This document shows positions 9,682-19,768 of a DNA stretch of 64,000 bases, one piece after another. This stretch comes from an uncultured Gammaproteobacteria bacterium (lineage in GTDB: Bacteria; Patescibacteriota; Microgenomatia; Levybacterales; GWA1-39-11): NCBI GenBank assembly GCA_964651815.1, contig CAZYWG010000002.1, positions 92,522 to 156,521 on the forward strand, read 5' to 3'. Made by a program: the position numbers and the translations under genes. Each line of letters opens with the position of its first letter. Position 1 is the stretch's first letter. A model generated the notes under the pieces. The model did no database searches. It was not told where the DNA came from and saw nothing but the letters and a program-made list of their open reading frames with translations.

Positions 9682-10313
9682 TAGAAGAAAATTTAACAAA
9701 ATATAAAGGTTCCTATTTGAACATAACCGTTCCAGGACTCGATATTGAGGAAAAATGGAAGTTGCTTGCGGACAATTTACCGCAACAGGTAGCCAAAACC
9801 GATTATAGGTTTGTAAGGTATGTAGCTGCGTCTTTGGGTGCCATTGTAATTTTAGTCATTATGACAGTTGGTGCGTCACAAGCTTCAAAACCGGGACAGG
9901 CATTATATGGTATAAAAAATCTGACGCAGCAATTTACGACACAGATATCCAATATTCCAACCGATATAGGAAAAATTTTTCCACGGTCTCTAAATAAAAC
10001 ATCAAATATCGGCAACTTAAATCTACAAGCCACGGCAAGTGCCAAGCCTACGGTTCATCCCACATCAACCAAAGAAAAGGATAATCACACCGACAATGAT
10101 CAAATACACGTGAATATTCGAACCATTGAACCAACGCTTACAATTCAACCACAAGAACATGGCAATTCAAACAATTCTGGCAAATCAAATGAAGAGCAAG
10201 TTAAAGGAGCAAGCACTCAAAACCAAAGCGCAAATGGACAAGGCAATTCTAATAACTCTAGTAGTGATAGTAGTAATGGAAGTGATCACGGGAATGACAG
10301 AAAGAACAAATAA
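9678..10313 (+). CDS. Putative anti-sigma factor: single-pass membrane protein with a low-complexity C-terminus, translationally coupled to the ECF sigma (ATGA overlap)
   Basis: 4-nt overlap with the sigma gene. One TM segment (AASLGAIVILVIMTVGA). Position and topology are typical of anti-sigma factors; no conserved anti-sigma domain was recognised. Confidence 0.45.
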   Translation: MIEENLTKYKGSYLNITVPGLDIEEKWKLLADNLPQQVAKTDYRFVRYVAASLGAIVILVIMTVGASQASKPGQALYGIKNLTQQFTTQISNIPTDIGKIFPRSLNKTSNIGNLNLQATASAKPTVHPTSTKEKDNHTDNDQIHVNIRTIEPTLTIQPQEHGNSNNSGKSNEEQVKGASTQNQSANGQGNSNNSSSDSSNGSDHGNDRKNK

Positions 10314-10329
10314 AAACCCTTGGAGGTAT

Positions 10330-10947
10330 CTAAAGCCCTGTGAGAGTGGCCCATTCAATATTAACCCCCATGATAACGTTGGCAAGTCTTTGATGTTCTA
10401 CCATAAGCCTCATTTCAAAAAGTTTGGTTACTGCAAAGAAATCTTTTAGCTCGGAAATTTTATTCTCGTGTCCAACAAATACTTCTCTTAGTTGTTCTAA
10501 CACATCACGCTCATACTGAGAAGCTGTCTCTGTAATTACCAGTTTTTCAAGATAAGAAATAATTTTCTTAAACTCGTCATGATCAAGCCAAATTCCTCCG
10601 CATTTTGCACACCTATCGATTTTTATCTTTGAATGCATATATTCCTGGGTAACCATTGCTTCACCATCTTTAGGACAAACTTTATGACTGGCTACAGAAG
10701 TGTATTTATTACCTTTATCTTCAAACATTTGAAAATCCATCCATCTTAGATCATCATCAGTTCTGTCTTTGGCTTTTCTTAGTTCGTCGTGATCAAACCA
10801 TATTCCGTGACAATTATGGCATTCATCAAGCTGTACGCCTTTGTAAGTATAATTTTTTAACTCGTGGTTACATGCTGGACAATTCATTTTAAGTATTATA
10901 TCAAATGACAATGTTATATGCCATTTATCCGAGCGAAGAAAAGACAC
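10330..10947 (-). CDS. Protein with two zinc-ribbon modules of the bacterial zf-TFIIB-like type (CPxC...C.C.GIWxDxxE)
   Basis: Two copies: CPACNHEL...CHNCHGIWFDHDEL and CPKDGEAM...CAKCGGIWLDHDEF. Confidence 0.55.
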   Translation of the reverse strand: MSFLRSDKWHITLSFDIILKMNCPACNHELKNYTYKGVQLDECHNCHGIWFDHDELRKAKDRTDDDLRWMDFQMFEDKGNKYTSVASHKVCPKDGEAMVTQEYMHSKIKIDRCAKCGGIWLDHDEFKKIISYLEKLVITETASQYERDVLEQLREVFVGHENKISELKDFFAVTKLFEMRLMVEHQRLANVIMGVNIEWATLTGL

Positions 10948-11170
10948 ATAGGCTTACCCCTTCAGTTTAGGACTGTTAACTTAGATTTATATAATAAACA
11001 TTTAAAACGCACGAGGTTAAAAAAATCCTATTTTGATGTACTGGATATGATTGTTTAGCCTGTCAAATCAAGCAGGAAGCTGCGGATAGTGGCATTTTTT
11101 GAGCTGCATGCTACCCTGCTACCTATTTAAGTGGCTTGATAGCACAAATTAATGTGCGTATACTGAGATC

Positions 11171-11812
11171 ATGATTGGAAAACATCTCGGAAAAATTATT
11201 ACCGTTCTTTTTTTACTTGTTTTTTGCTCGCTAATATCCACAAGAGCTTTTGCAGATGTCGCAACCGCAAATAGTTTAATACAATGCAAGTGGAATGAAG
11301 TAAAGGTTGATTGCACGGAAAATTCAACTGCGAAAGGCTGCTTGGATTACGTCAGGGAAATAAAAAGTCATTTTATTATTGACCCGGGCAGTACTCAAAG
11401 CCAATATTGTAAGAATGCATCGCTAGGTGATATTTTAACAATACTAAAAGATAAAATTGTTATAATTATTCCTCCTTTACTTGTTACTGTTATTCTGGAA
11501 GTTTTGGTTTTTTTGCTTGCAGGATTTAGAAATAAAAAGGAACTAATTTCGGTTGTTATTGCGAATTGTATATCTTTACCCTCGTTTATTTTGTCGTTCA
11601 GTTTCATTCCACTGGGAAAGGGGGAATCACTTATACTTTCTATTTTGATCCGAGAATTTTTGGTAGTTATGTTTGAGATATGTTTTTTAATTTTCGTTGC
11701 AAAGTTTCAAAAAAGATTAAAAACCATATTAACAACTTCAGTTGCAAACTTCGTATCAGCCTCTTTGGGAAGTTTTTTGTTAATTTATTTTACTAGTATT
11801 TTAAAGGGTTAA
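11171..11812 (+). CDS. Hypothetical membrane protein with a signal peptide, a Cys-containing extracytoplasmic domain and 3-4 TM helices
   Basis: Hydrophobicity pattern only. Confidence 0.4.
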   Translation: MIGKHLGKIITVLFLLVFCSLISTRAFADVATANSLIQCKWNEVKVDCTENSTAKGCLDYVREIKSHFIIDPGSTQSQYCKNASLGDILTILKDKIVIIIPPLLVTVILEVLVFLLAGFRNKKELISVVIANCISLPSFILSFSFIPLGKGESLILSILIREFLVVMFEICFLIFVAKFQKRLKTILTTSVANFVSASLGSFLLIYFTSILKG

Positions 11813-11836
11813 TAGAAAATACCTCACCCCTTATGC

Positions 11837-13492
11837 TCACTCAGTCCCATACTTTAAGTAGAACTTGTTTACAAAAAGCTCGTTTGGATCTACTTGTCGT
11901 TTTAGAGCGAAAAATGAATCAGTGTTAGGATACGAAGCTTTCAATTGATCTCTGGTGTAGTAAAGCTGGTAGGGAAGATAAAATGTTCCGCCCATTTTAT
12001 TACTAAAATCAATAAGTTCTTTTGTGACCTTATTCATTTTTTGATTTGCCTCAGGAGTCGTCTCTTGATTTATATATAAAACGAGTGCAAACATATCTTC
12101 AGGTGCATAATTTAAAATGATATCTTCTTTATTTACTACTCTAATACTTGCATTAATTACATTTGATTGATTTTGCTTAAGAATATCCCTAACTCCATCA
12201 ATAAATGGAACGAATTCGTTTCTTGGAAAAAAGTACTCTTGCAAAATATCTGTGTCATTTTTCAAATCGTTATTAAGATATTTATCTGAGTCATGCATGA
12301 GTTGATTCCGAGATATTAAACAACCTTCTGGTTCACTCATTGCTTGATTTCTTGATATATAACAACTCTGGAAATATGGCTCAACATATTTTGCAGAAAG
12401 CCATTCTATCTCTTTACCTAGTGATCCTGTTTTTGCCAAATTGAGAATAAAGCGGCGGACTTTTACCTGACTTCGTTCGCGTAATGTAGGAAGTTGATCA
12501 GAAAAACCCTTCACAGTTACATATTTATAAATAATCATATCCTTAAAATAGGATTGGGGTGTTAAGGAAAAATGTCCATATGCTAGTCCAACTGAATCAC
12601 TATTCGCTATAGTATTCTGATAAATCTTCGGAAAATCTTGATAATTTATTACTCGTCTTTCTTCTTTGTACATAACATTGTCAGTAAGGTCAATTTGAGC
12701 ATCAAGAATAACTCCAAATAATCCATAACCTCCAATTACCGCCTTGAATAAATGGGGGTTTTGTGTCCTGCTGAGTGTTTGGATATTTCCGTTAGTATCA
12801 ATTAACCTAAGAGAGCGAATTGTTGAGGAGATCGAACCTACTCTATTATCCATCCCGTGAGCATTTACGGAAATTGTCCCACCAACAGTAAATATATCAA
12901 CAGATTGCATAGATTTTACCGCAAGATTCTCAGGATTTAGAAAATTTTGGATATCATGCCATGTTGCCCCACTTTGTGTAGTTAATATTTTATTTTCTTT
13001 ATCTAGGGACAACTTATTAAATCCGGTCATATCTAATACCAGAGCATCTTTTGCAAACGCCTGTCCCCCCATGCTATGTCTTACTCCCGCAATTGAAACT
13101 TTCAGATTATTATCTTGGGCGAATATAATAGCGTTCTTAATATCATCAACAGAATGTACTTTTACTATTCCATAAATACTTGTTCTGTTGAGGCAACTTG
13201 CATCATTAATTGTTCCACCTCTTTGAAAAAAAGGAATAAACCGTTTTAGTTGCGAAAATCTAACTGCCAATTTATAAGAAACACTTATAGAATCACCAGG
13301 AAGTAGTGGCGAACAATCTTTTTCCACGACAGGATCTGCAGAAAAATACTCTATCTTTTTTATTATTCCAATTACAAAAATTGTCACCACTAAAAAAGGC
13401 ACTATTAAAAAATATCTTGGAATTGTCTTTTTTCGCTTTTTAAATAATTTCGGCATTAATTCCAGTATGTTATTTAGATTATCGGGAGTCAA
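11837..13492 (-). CDS. Membrane-anchored FAD-dependent oxidoreductase (FAD_binding_4 / PCMH fold; sugar-lactone-oxidase or DprE1-like)
   Basis: N-terminal TM segment, then an FAD-binding region (VKVHSVDDIKNAIIFAQDNNLKVSIAGVRHSMGGQAF). Confidence 0.6.
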   Translation of the reverse strand: MTPDNLNNILELMPKLFKKRKKTIPRYFLIVPFLVVTIFVIGIIKKIEYFSADPVVEKDCSPLLPGDSISVSYKLAVRFSQLKRFIPFFQRGGTINDASCLNRTSIYGIVKVHSVDDIKNAIIFAQDNNLKVSIAGVRHSMGGQAFAKDALVLDMTGFNKLSLDKENKILTTQSGATWHDIQNFLNPENLAVKSMQSVDIFTVGGTISVNAHGMDNRVGSISSTIRSLRLIDTNGNIQTLSRTQNPHLFKAVIGGYGLFGVILDAQIDLTDNVMYKEERRVINYQDFPKIYQNTIANSDSVGLAYGHFSLTPQSYFKDMIIYKYVTVKGFSDQLPTLRERSQVKVRRFILNLAKTGSLGKEIEWLSAKYVEPYFQSCYISRNQAMSEPEGCLISRNQLMHDSDKYLNNDLKNDTDILQEYFFPRNEFVPFIDGVRDILKQNQSNVINASIRVVNKEDIILNYAPEDMFALVLYINQETTPEANQKMNKVTKELIDFSNKMGGTFYLPYQLYYTRDQLKASYPNTDSFFALKRQVDPNELFVNKFYLKYGTE

Positions 13493-13506
13493 TATTTGAA
13501 TATATT

Positions 13507-16236
13507 CTATGCGGGGAGATTAGGGTAGTGGCATTTTTTCCATTTCTTTCCACTTTTACACCAGCAGGGGTCGTTGCGGCCGAGTTTTTTAACCGAACCG
13601 TCCGAACTCTCAATCTTTTTTTTGCCCTTCTTTTCTTCTTTAGCCTTTGCTGCTTCAGTGCCAATTTCCGACTCCGGAGTATTGGTAATTGCGTTTTGTG
13701 GGACAGTCACCACTTGTTGGGGGACAATCTCGGCAAGATTCACACGGAACGCACGATGACTTATTTCATCATCAACATTTCCAACCAAACGCTCAAACAT
13801 ACCAAAAGATTCATTTTTGTATTCAACCAGAGGATCACGTTGCGCATAACCTCTGAGTCCAATTCCAGTCCTAAGATCTTCCATTGCAGTTAAATGTTCC
13901 ATCCATAAATTATCTATTGTTGAAAGTGCAATCATTTTATAAACTTGGGCCAATTGATCACGCCCAAATTGATCCTCCCAAGTTTTTATTAATTGCCGGG
14001 GAATTCCGAGTAAAAATTCTGTCACTTTATCTGCTTCTTTAAATTGTTCTATTTGCTGGTGTAAATGTCCGCGAGAATGCTCATCAAACGGAATAATATT
14101 TGCAAATTCATCTATCACGGCTTTTCTCCCGTCAGTTACTCCCTCCGCAAACAAATTAAATTGAACTATAGCGGTAATTGATGTATCCACTTTTTGCATC
14201 ACAAAATCGATGATATCCTCCTTATTTCCAACTATAGCTTGCCGCATTTTGTAAATAATTTCTCTCTGTTTATTGAGAACGTCATCATAATCAAGCAAAT
14301 TTTTTCTCATTTCAAAATTAAAACCCTCCACTTTTACTTGCGCCTGCTCAAGGACTCTTGAAACAAGACCGTGGGCCAAAGGCTGGTCCTCGGGAAAATT
14401 AAATCTGGTCATAAGACCAGAGATTTGTTCGCCGCCAAAAACGCGCATTAAATCATCTTCCAAAGATACAATAAACATAGAACGGCCCGGATCTCCTTGC
14501 CGGCCGGCGCGTCCCCGCAACTGATTATCAATTCGGCGGGATTCATGTTTTTCAGTACCAATAACATAAAGTCCTCCGGCATCTTTGACTTTTTCATGTT
14601 CTGTTTCCCAGGCTTTTAAATCGCTTTCGAACTTTTTTTCGCCCGCCTTCCCTGCATACGCAACGTCAAATTTTGACGGTGGTTGCCCACCAAGAATTAT
14701 GTCAACCCCACGTCCCGCCATATTTGTTGCTACAGTAACAGCAGCAAGACGGCCTGCATCTTTTATAATCATTGCCTCCCTAACGTGATTTTTAGCATTG
14801 AGGACTTCATGCTTTATATTTTTGCGTTTTAAGTATTCTGCGATTATTTCATTTTTATCAATTGATGTAGTACCAACCAATACCGGTTGTCCCCGCTTAT
14901 TTGCCTCTTCAATTTCATTAACAATTGCAGCAACTTTTGCGTGTGTTGTCTTATAAATTTGGTCATCTATATCTTTTCTCACCATATCCTTGTGTGTTGG
15001 AATAACGACAACATCAAGCTTATAAATTTTTTGGAATTCTTCAGCTTCAGTAACAGCAGTCCCGGTCATACCGCCGAGCTTTTCATACATTCTGAAATAA
15101 TTTTGAAGTGAAACTGTAGCTAGTGTCTTAGATTCCTGTTGAATAGCAACATTTTCTTTTGCTTCAATTGCCTGGTGTAAACCTTCGGATAAACGACGGC
15201 CTTCAAGTAAACGCCCGGTAAACTCATCAACTAAAATTACTTGATTGTCGCGGACAATGTAGTCACGATCTTTGTGAAAAAGCGTATTTGCTTTAAGGGC
15301 AGCTTCTATATGATAAACCGTATCAAAATCTTTCTCGTAAATATCCTTTACCTTATAAAGCTTCTCGATTTTCTCAATTCCTTGGTCTGTCAAATGGGCG
15401 GAGCGCTGTTTTTCATCAATTTTGTAGTCTATCTCAGTTGTTAATTTATCAACAATGTGCGCATATTCATAATATTTTTGGGAGGGAGTTGCGTCCGGCA
15501 TTGAAATAATATGAGGCGTCCTTGCTTCATCAATTAAAACCGAATCCACCTCATCAATCACGGCAAAGAAGTGGTCTGTTTGGACCATTTGTGATGGGTC
15601 ATTTACCATATTGTCGCGAAGATAATCAAACCCAAATTCAGAATTTATTCCGTAAACTATATTTGCCTGGTACGCTTCTTTTCTTGTAACGGGTTTTAAG
15701 TGGATCAAACGATAGTCTGATGCATTATTATCTGTATATTCTGTGTCATACAAAAATGAGGCTTCTGAAATTATTGTGGATGTTGTCATTCCAAGAAAGG
15801 CAAAAATTGCGCCCATCCAGCCTGCGTCCCTGCGCGCCAAATAGTCATTAACCGTAACTAGATGAACTGTGGCTCCCGTTAGCGCGTTGAGGTATAGGGC
15901 AGGGACAGCTGAAAGAGTTTTGCCCTCTCCCGTTTTTTGCTCTGCAACTTTTCCTTGGGCAAGTGCTGTTGCCGCCATAAGTTGAACATCATAGGGTTTC
16001 AAGCCTACACTTCTTGAAGCGGCTTCTCGGACAAGAGCAAAGGCTTCCGGCAGCAATAAAAAAATGCTTTCGCCATTGGCAATTCTTTTTTTAAATTCTT
16101 CAGTTTTCTTTGGAAAATCCGAATCTTTTAATTTCTTAATTTTTTCTTCTTGCGAGTTGATTTCAGTGATAATAGGCAGAAGACTTTTTATCTCTTTTTC
16201 GTTTGAATCAAAAAGCTTGGATAGAATATTGAGCAT
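13507..16236 (-). CDS. secA: Preprotein translocase ATPase SecA
   Basis: 909 aa with DEAD-like motor motifs and a C-terminal zinc-binding tail (CWCKSGKKWKKCH). Confidence 0.95.
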   Translation of the reverse strand: MLNILSKLFDSNEKEIKSLLPIITEINSQEEKIKKLKDSDFPKKTEEFKKRIANGESIFLLLPEAFALVREAASRSVGLKPYDVQLMAATALAQGKVAEQKTGEGKTLSAVPALYLNALTGATVHLVTVNDYLARRDAGWMGAIFAFLGMTTSTIISEASFLYDTEYTDNNASDYRLIHLKPVTRKEAYQANIVYGINSEFGFDYLRDNMVNDPSQMVQTDHFFAVIDEVDSVLIDEARTPHIISMPDATPSQKYYEYAHIVDKLTTEIDYKIDEKQRSAHLTDQGIEKIEKLYKVKDIYEKDFDTVYHIEAALKANTLFHKDRDYIVRDNQVILVDEFTGRLLEGRRLSEGLHQAIEAKENVAIQQESKTLATVSLQNYFRMYEKLGGMTGTAVTEAEEFQKIYKLDVVVIPTHKDMVRKDIDDQIYKTTHAKVAAIVNEIEEANKRGQPVLVGTTSIDKNEIIAEYLKRKNIKHEVLNAKNHVREAMIIKDAGRLAAVTVATNMAGRGVDIILGGQPPSKFDVAYAGKAGEKKFESDLKAWETEHEKVKDAGGLYVIGTEKHESRRIDNQLRGRAGRQGDPGRSMFIVSLEDDLMRVFGGEQISGLMTRFNFPEDQPLAHGLVSRVLEQAQVKVEGFNFEMRKNLLDYDDVLNKQREIIYKMRQAIVGNKEDIIDFVMQKVDTSITAIVQFNLFAEGVTDGRKAVIDEFANIIPFDEHSRGHLHQQIEQFKEADKVTEFLLGIPRQLIKTWEDQFGRDQLAQVYKMIALSTIDNLWMEHLTAMEDLRTGIGLRGYAQRDPLVEYKNESFGMFERLVGNVDDEISHRAFRVNLAEIVPQQVVTVPQNAITNTPESEIGTEAAKAKEEKKGKKKIESSDGSVKKLGRNDPCWCKSGKKWKKCHYPNLPA

Positions 16237-16283
16237 AGTTAATCTCGAACTTAAATTTTACCATAAATCAGGCAAAAATGCCC

Positions 16284-16328
16284 ACAAAAAAAGTTCTACC
16301 CCTCGTCATTACTGAAAAGGGGTAGAAA
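16284..16328 (-). terminator. Rho-independent terminator-like hairpin (TTCTACCCCT...AGGGGTAGAA) followed by a U-run on the minus strand, about 50 nt upstream of the secA start
   Basis: Read directly from the sequence. The stem is 16294-16303 paired with 16318-16327, and the A-run is 16284-16292 on the plus strand. Confidence 0.55.
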
Positions 16329-16390
16329 CCAATTGATCAATTGGTCCGAGTCTAACTCGGCCAACCGAGAAAATAAACTAATTACTTAGC

Positions 16391-16426
16391 TTATTTCTTC
16401 TTTTTCTTTGCTTTTTTCTTTGCCAT
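16391..16426 (-). CDS. Tiny Lys-codon-rich upstream ORF (MAKKKAKKKKK) with a canonical Shine-Dalgarno, AAGGGAGGTG, 9 nt upstream. A candidate leader peptide.
   Basis: Minus strand reads AAGGGAGGTGttcaccaacATGGCAAAGAAAAAAGCAAAGAAAAAGAAGAAATAA. Alternative hairpins and a terminator follow (see findings). Confidence 0.3.
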   Translation of the reverse strand: MAKKKAKKKKK

Positions 16427-16706
16427 GTTGGTGAACACCTCCCTTCATTTTTCGATAAAATCGAAATTGGGTGTAAATTAATGGTTGCGAAAATAGAAAA
16501 AATTGTCAAGGAAAATACCCTGCTTCAAAAGTGGTAATTTAGATTGATAATACAACAAAAATCACAAACTGGATTTATTGCTTTTTTAATAGATTTTGAG
16601 GCTAAAAATATGCAAAAATTTACGCACGAAAATTTAAAAAATTCATAATTTTTTAATAAATCTGAGTTTTTGAATGGATTATACTAAAATCCGGAGCTTT
16701 TTTTTG

Positions 16707-17942
16707 CTAAATTTTGGGGGAAATTTTGTCAATATTAATGTAGTTTCTTAAGACTTCCGGAATGACAACAGACCCATCTTCTTCTTGAAAATTTTCAAGA
16801 ATAGCAATTAAAGTACGGCCAATTGCAAATCCTGTTGCATTTAAGGTGTGAACGAATTCTTTCCCTCCTGCGCTTTGAAATTTTATATTCAAGCTTCTTG
16901 CTTGAAAATCAGTTAGTGTTGACGCCGATGTCATTTCGCGATATTTTTCTTGTGTTGGAATCCACGCCTCAATGTCAAATTTACGCGCCTGAACAAAACC
17001 CAAATCCCCGGTGCACATTTTAATCACTTGATAAGGAATCCCGAGTGCCTGAAATAATTTTTCCTCAATTGCGAGTAAATGTTTTTGCTCGGAATCACTC
17101 TGTAAAGGCGTTGTGTAAGAAACGAGTTCAACTTTATCAAATTGATGGACGCGTAAAATTCCACGTGTATCTTTCCCATAAGACCCAGCCTCTCTTCTAA
17201 AAGCTGACGAGAAAGCAACGTATCTTTTTGGGAGTTCTGACTCCCGAAAAGTTTCATCCATATGCATAGCAACTGTTGAATGCTCTGCTGTTCCAACTAA
17301 AGTAAGTCCATCCTTTTCCACATGGAACATATCCTCGTCTCCTCCATGCTCCATATATCCAAGCCTTTTCATAACATCTGTCTTTATAAGTTCTGGTGGA
17401 ATAACAGGGGTAAACCCTTCCTTCATCAAAAAATCAAAAGCAAATTGCGAAAGCGCAAATTCCAATAGAACACCTTCGTTTTTAAGATAAGCAAACCTTG
17501 CCCCGGAAACTTTTGCTGCGCGGTCTATGTCTATAATATCAAGCAATTGTCCTAGCTCTACATGATCTTTGGGTTTAAAACTAAATTTTCTTAACTCGCC
17601 ATGTGTTTTAACAACGTCATTTTCATTTTCATCCCGCCCTACTTTTACGTCCTCAGCAGGCATATTAGGAACGCTCCACAATAAATTATTCAAGCGCTCT
17701 TCTATTTCTTTTAATTTCGCTTCTTGGGATCCTACTTCAGCTTTTACTTCCCTGCCACCTTCGATATCTCTCTCTTTTGCGGCGCGGTTTCTTTGTGTAT
17801 ACAACTCCTGAAGAGCTTGGGATAATTCGCGTCGTTCCTCATCCAACCTAATAATCTCTTCAACCGGAATATCTATATTTTTACTTTTTGCACCTTCTGC
17901 CACTTTCTCAGGATTTTCGCGTATGAATTTTAAGTCGAGCAT
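16707..17942 (-). CDS. serS: Seryl-tRNA synthetase
   Basis: N-terminal coiled-coil arm and class II motifs (FRREAGSYGKDTRGILRVHQF, GFAIGRTLIAILE). Confidence 0.95.
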   Translation of the reverse strand: MLDLKFIRENPEKVAEGAKSKNIDIPVEEIIRLDEERRELSQALQELYTQRNRAAKERDIEGGREVKAEVGSQEAKLKEIEERLNNLLWSVPNMPAEDVKVGRDENENDVVKTHGELRKFSFKPKDHVELGQLLDIIDIDRAAKVSGARFAYLKNEGVLLEFALSQFAFDFLMKEGFTPVIPPELIKTDVMKRLGYMEHGGDEDMFHVEKDGLTLVGTAEHSTVAMHMDETFRESELPKRYVAFSSAFRREAGSYGKDTRGILRVHQFDKVELVSYTTPLQSDSEQKHLLAIEEKLFQALGIPYQVIKMCTGDLGFVQARKFDIEAWIPTQEKYREMTSASTLTDFQARSLNIKFQSAGGKEFVHTLNATGFAIGRTLIAILENFQEEDGSVVIPEVLRNYINIDKISPKI

Positions 17943-17960
17943 AAAGTGATTATAGCATGT

Positions 17961-18506
17961 TTATCCGAGGCTATCTAATAATTTTTTAAAGTTTATCAGC
18001 GCGCGGGCCCTGTGAGAAACCTCATTTTTAACATTCTCTTCCATTTCTCCAAATGTCTGGTCATATCCGTCAGGAATTATATAAGGATCAAAACCCCAAC
18101 CGCTACTACCCCTCTTTTCAACAACTTTACCAACAAACGAGCCATCAATAGTGTGAATTTTTTTCCCATCATGATATGCGACAGTAGCAATTATTTTGAC
18201 ACGTTTATCATTTTCGCCCTTTAACATTTTTACTAAAAGTTCATATCCTCCTGCTTCAGGGATAAATTTTATAAATGGCCCGGGAAAACCATTCCAAGCA
18301 AAAACTTCAAGACTTACATCATCAACAAATACGGGTTTTTTAATTTTCTCGAATGCTTGTTGTACTTTGTGCTCTACAATTTTTTTAGAATCGAGACTTT
18401 GGATTTCGTCGAGTTCAATATTTACAATTTCAATGGGAAACCTTAATATTTTTGATGCTTCATCTGCCTTTCCCTTATTACTTGTCGCAAAATATAACTT
18501 TTTCAT
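17961..18506 (-). CDS. Non-canonical purine NTP pyrophosphatase (Ham1/RdgB family ITPase)
   Basis: ATSNKGK motif, FGYDP-like GWGFDP, 181 aa. Confidence 0.85.
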   Translation of the reverse strand: MKKLYFATSNKGKADEASKILRFPIEIVNIELDEIQSLDSKKIVEHKVQQAFEKIKKPVFVDDVSLEVFAWNGFPGPFIKFIPEAGGYELLVKMLKGENDKRVKIIATVAYHDGKKIHTIDGSFVGKVVEKRGSSGWGFDPYIIPDGYDQTFGEMEENVKNEVSHRARALINFKKLLDSLG

Positions 18507-18548
18507 TTATCTCTTGAATACAATACTTTTAACCATGATAATTAAAGA

Positions 18549-19754
18549 ATGTCAAGCGAAGAAAATCTATTACTAAAATTTTTGGGGTTATATTTTTTAG
18601 TAAGCGCACTTGCGGGGATTTTTCTAAGTGTTTATTTATTTAAGCTTGGCGGCTTTTCCGCCGTAGCAAAATTCGGATTGGTATCCCTTACTTTTTTGTT
18701 CATTTTCTATATAGCATCGGGTTATTTTCTAAAAAAGTATTCTCAAATTACATTAATAAGGATCGGGTTGATTTTTGCTGTCATTTTTTACTTTCTTATT
18801 TTTATCTTAAAAAATAACTCCATCCACTATTTATTACCTCTTGCCGCTTTAAGTGGAATTGCGGGCGGCAATTTCTGGCCTGGATTTAATCTTTCACAAT
18901 ATATTGCAACACACACAAAAACAAGGAACGAATATTTTGGAAAACAGAATTTCATTTTAAATATCGCGAACTCTGGGGGCCCTTTAATGGGAGGGGCAAT
19001 AATTTTATTGTTTGCAAATTTTGGAAATAAGGACTTTGGGTATAGCTTTCTATTCTTAATTGTTGCAATACTTTTTTTATTTTTGTTTATCTTTTTAAGA
19101 GATACAACAAAACATACCGGGTCGTCTTTTTCAGTTAGGCAAATTATAAAACATAAAAGGGCAACTGCATGGAAAATAGTTTTAGCTCAACAATTTACGT
19201 ACGGGCTTTTTGATAATACGTTTAACACTTTCTCCGCGGTCCTTATTTTTCTGATAGTCAAACAAGAGTTTAATCTGGGAATAGTCAATAGTCTTCAGGC
19301 AATTGTTTACGCTGTATCAAGTATTATTGCAATCAAAATACTTAATAAGAAGGAGTACGCTTTTGCGCTGGGGACGTTTTTTGCATTCTTGGGCCTTGCT
19401 ATATTTGGTCTAGAGCAAAATTTAATAGGTATTATTGCATTAATCGCAATCTACTACATTTTTATGCCACTTCTTAATATTTCTACATCAAAGTTACTTT
19501 ATGATGTTATAGATAGTCAAAAGGAAAATTGGACATCCAAATATTATTTTTTAGTTGAGCGTGACAGCGTTCTTGGTTTTGCAAGAATTATTACATACGC
19601 AATTTTATTTTTTCTTTTGAAAGGAAATAATAACCCTCAAGTAGCAAAATCTTGGATACTTATCATTCCTATATTTCCACTCATTATTGGTATGCTCCAA
19701 CTATATTACAAAATTGTTGTCACAAATAAAAACTTGAAGTCCGCCGAAAATTAA
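18549..19754 (+). CDS. MFS-type transporter (~12 TM)
   Basis: 12 hydrophobic segments, 401 aa. Confidence 0.6.
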   Translation: MSSEENLLLKFLGLYFLVSALAGIFLSVYLFKLGGFSAVAKFGLVSLTFLFIFYIASGYFLKKYSQITLIRIGLIFAVIFYFLIFILKNNSIHYLLPLAALSGIAGGNFWPGFNLSQYIATHTKTRNEYFGKQNFILNIANSGGPLMGGAIILLFANFGNKDFGYSFLFLIVAILFLFLFIFLRDTTKHTGSSFSVRQIIKHKRATAWKIVLAQQFTYGLFDNTFNTFSAVLIFLIVKQEFNLGIVNSLQAIVYAVSSIIAIKILNKKEYAFALGTFFAFLGLAIFGLEQNLIGIIALIAIYYIFMPLLNISTSKLLYDVIDSQKENWTSKYYFLVERDSVLGFARIITYAILFFLLKGNNNPQVAKSWILIIPIFPLIIGMLQLYYKIVVTNKNLKSAEN

Positions 19755-19768
19755 AAGATAATACGTTT

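Noticed and set aside
11087-13539. Identical 14-mer TAGTGGCATTTTTT (preceded by GCGG) at 11087-11100 and 13526-13539
   Set aside because: In an AT-rich 64-kb window several 14-mer coincidences are expected by chance, and the two sites share no common flanking context.
16450-16706. Small RNA (SRP RNA or 6S) in the long serS-secA intergenic region
   Set aside because: Only a weak GAAGCAGGG resemblance to SRP domain IV; no convincing helix 8 motif. The region looks more like an AT-rich promoter/leader with TTGACA at 16504-16509 and TATAAT at 16678-16683 on the minus strand.
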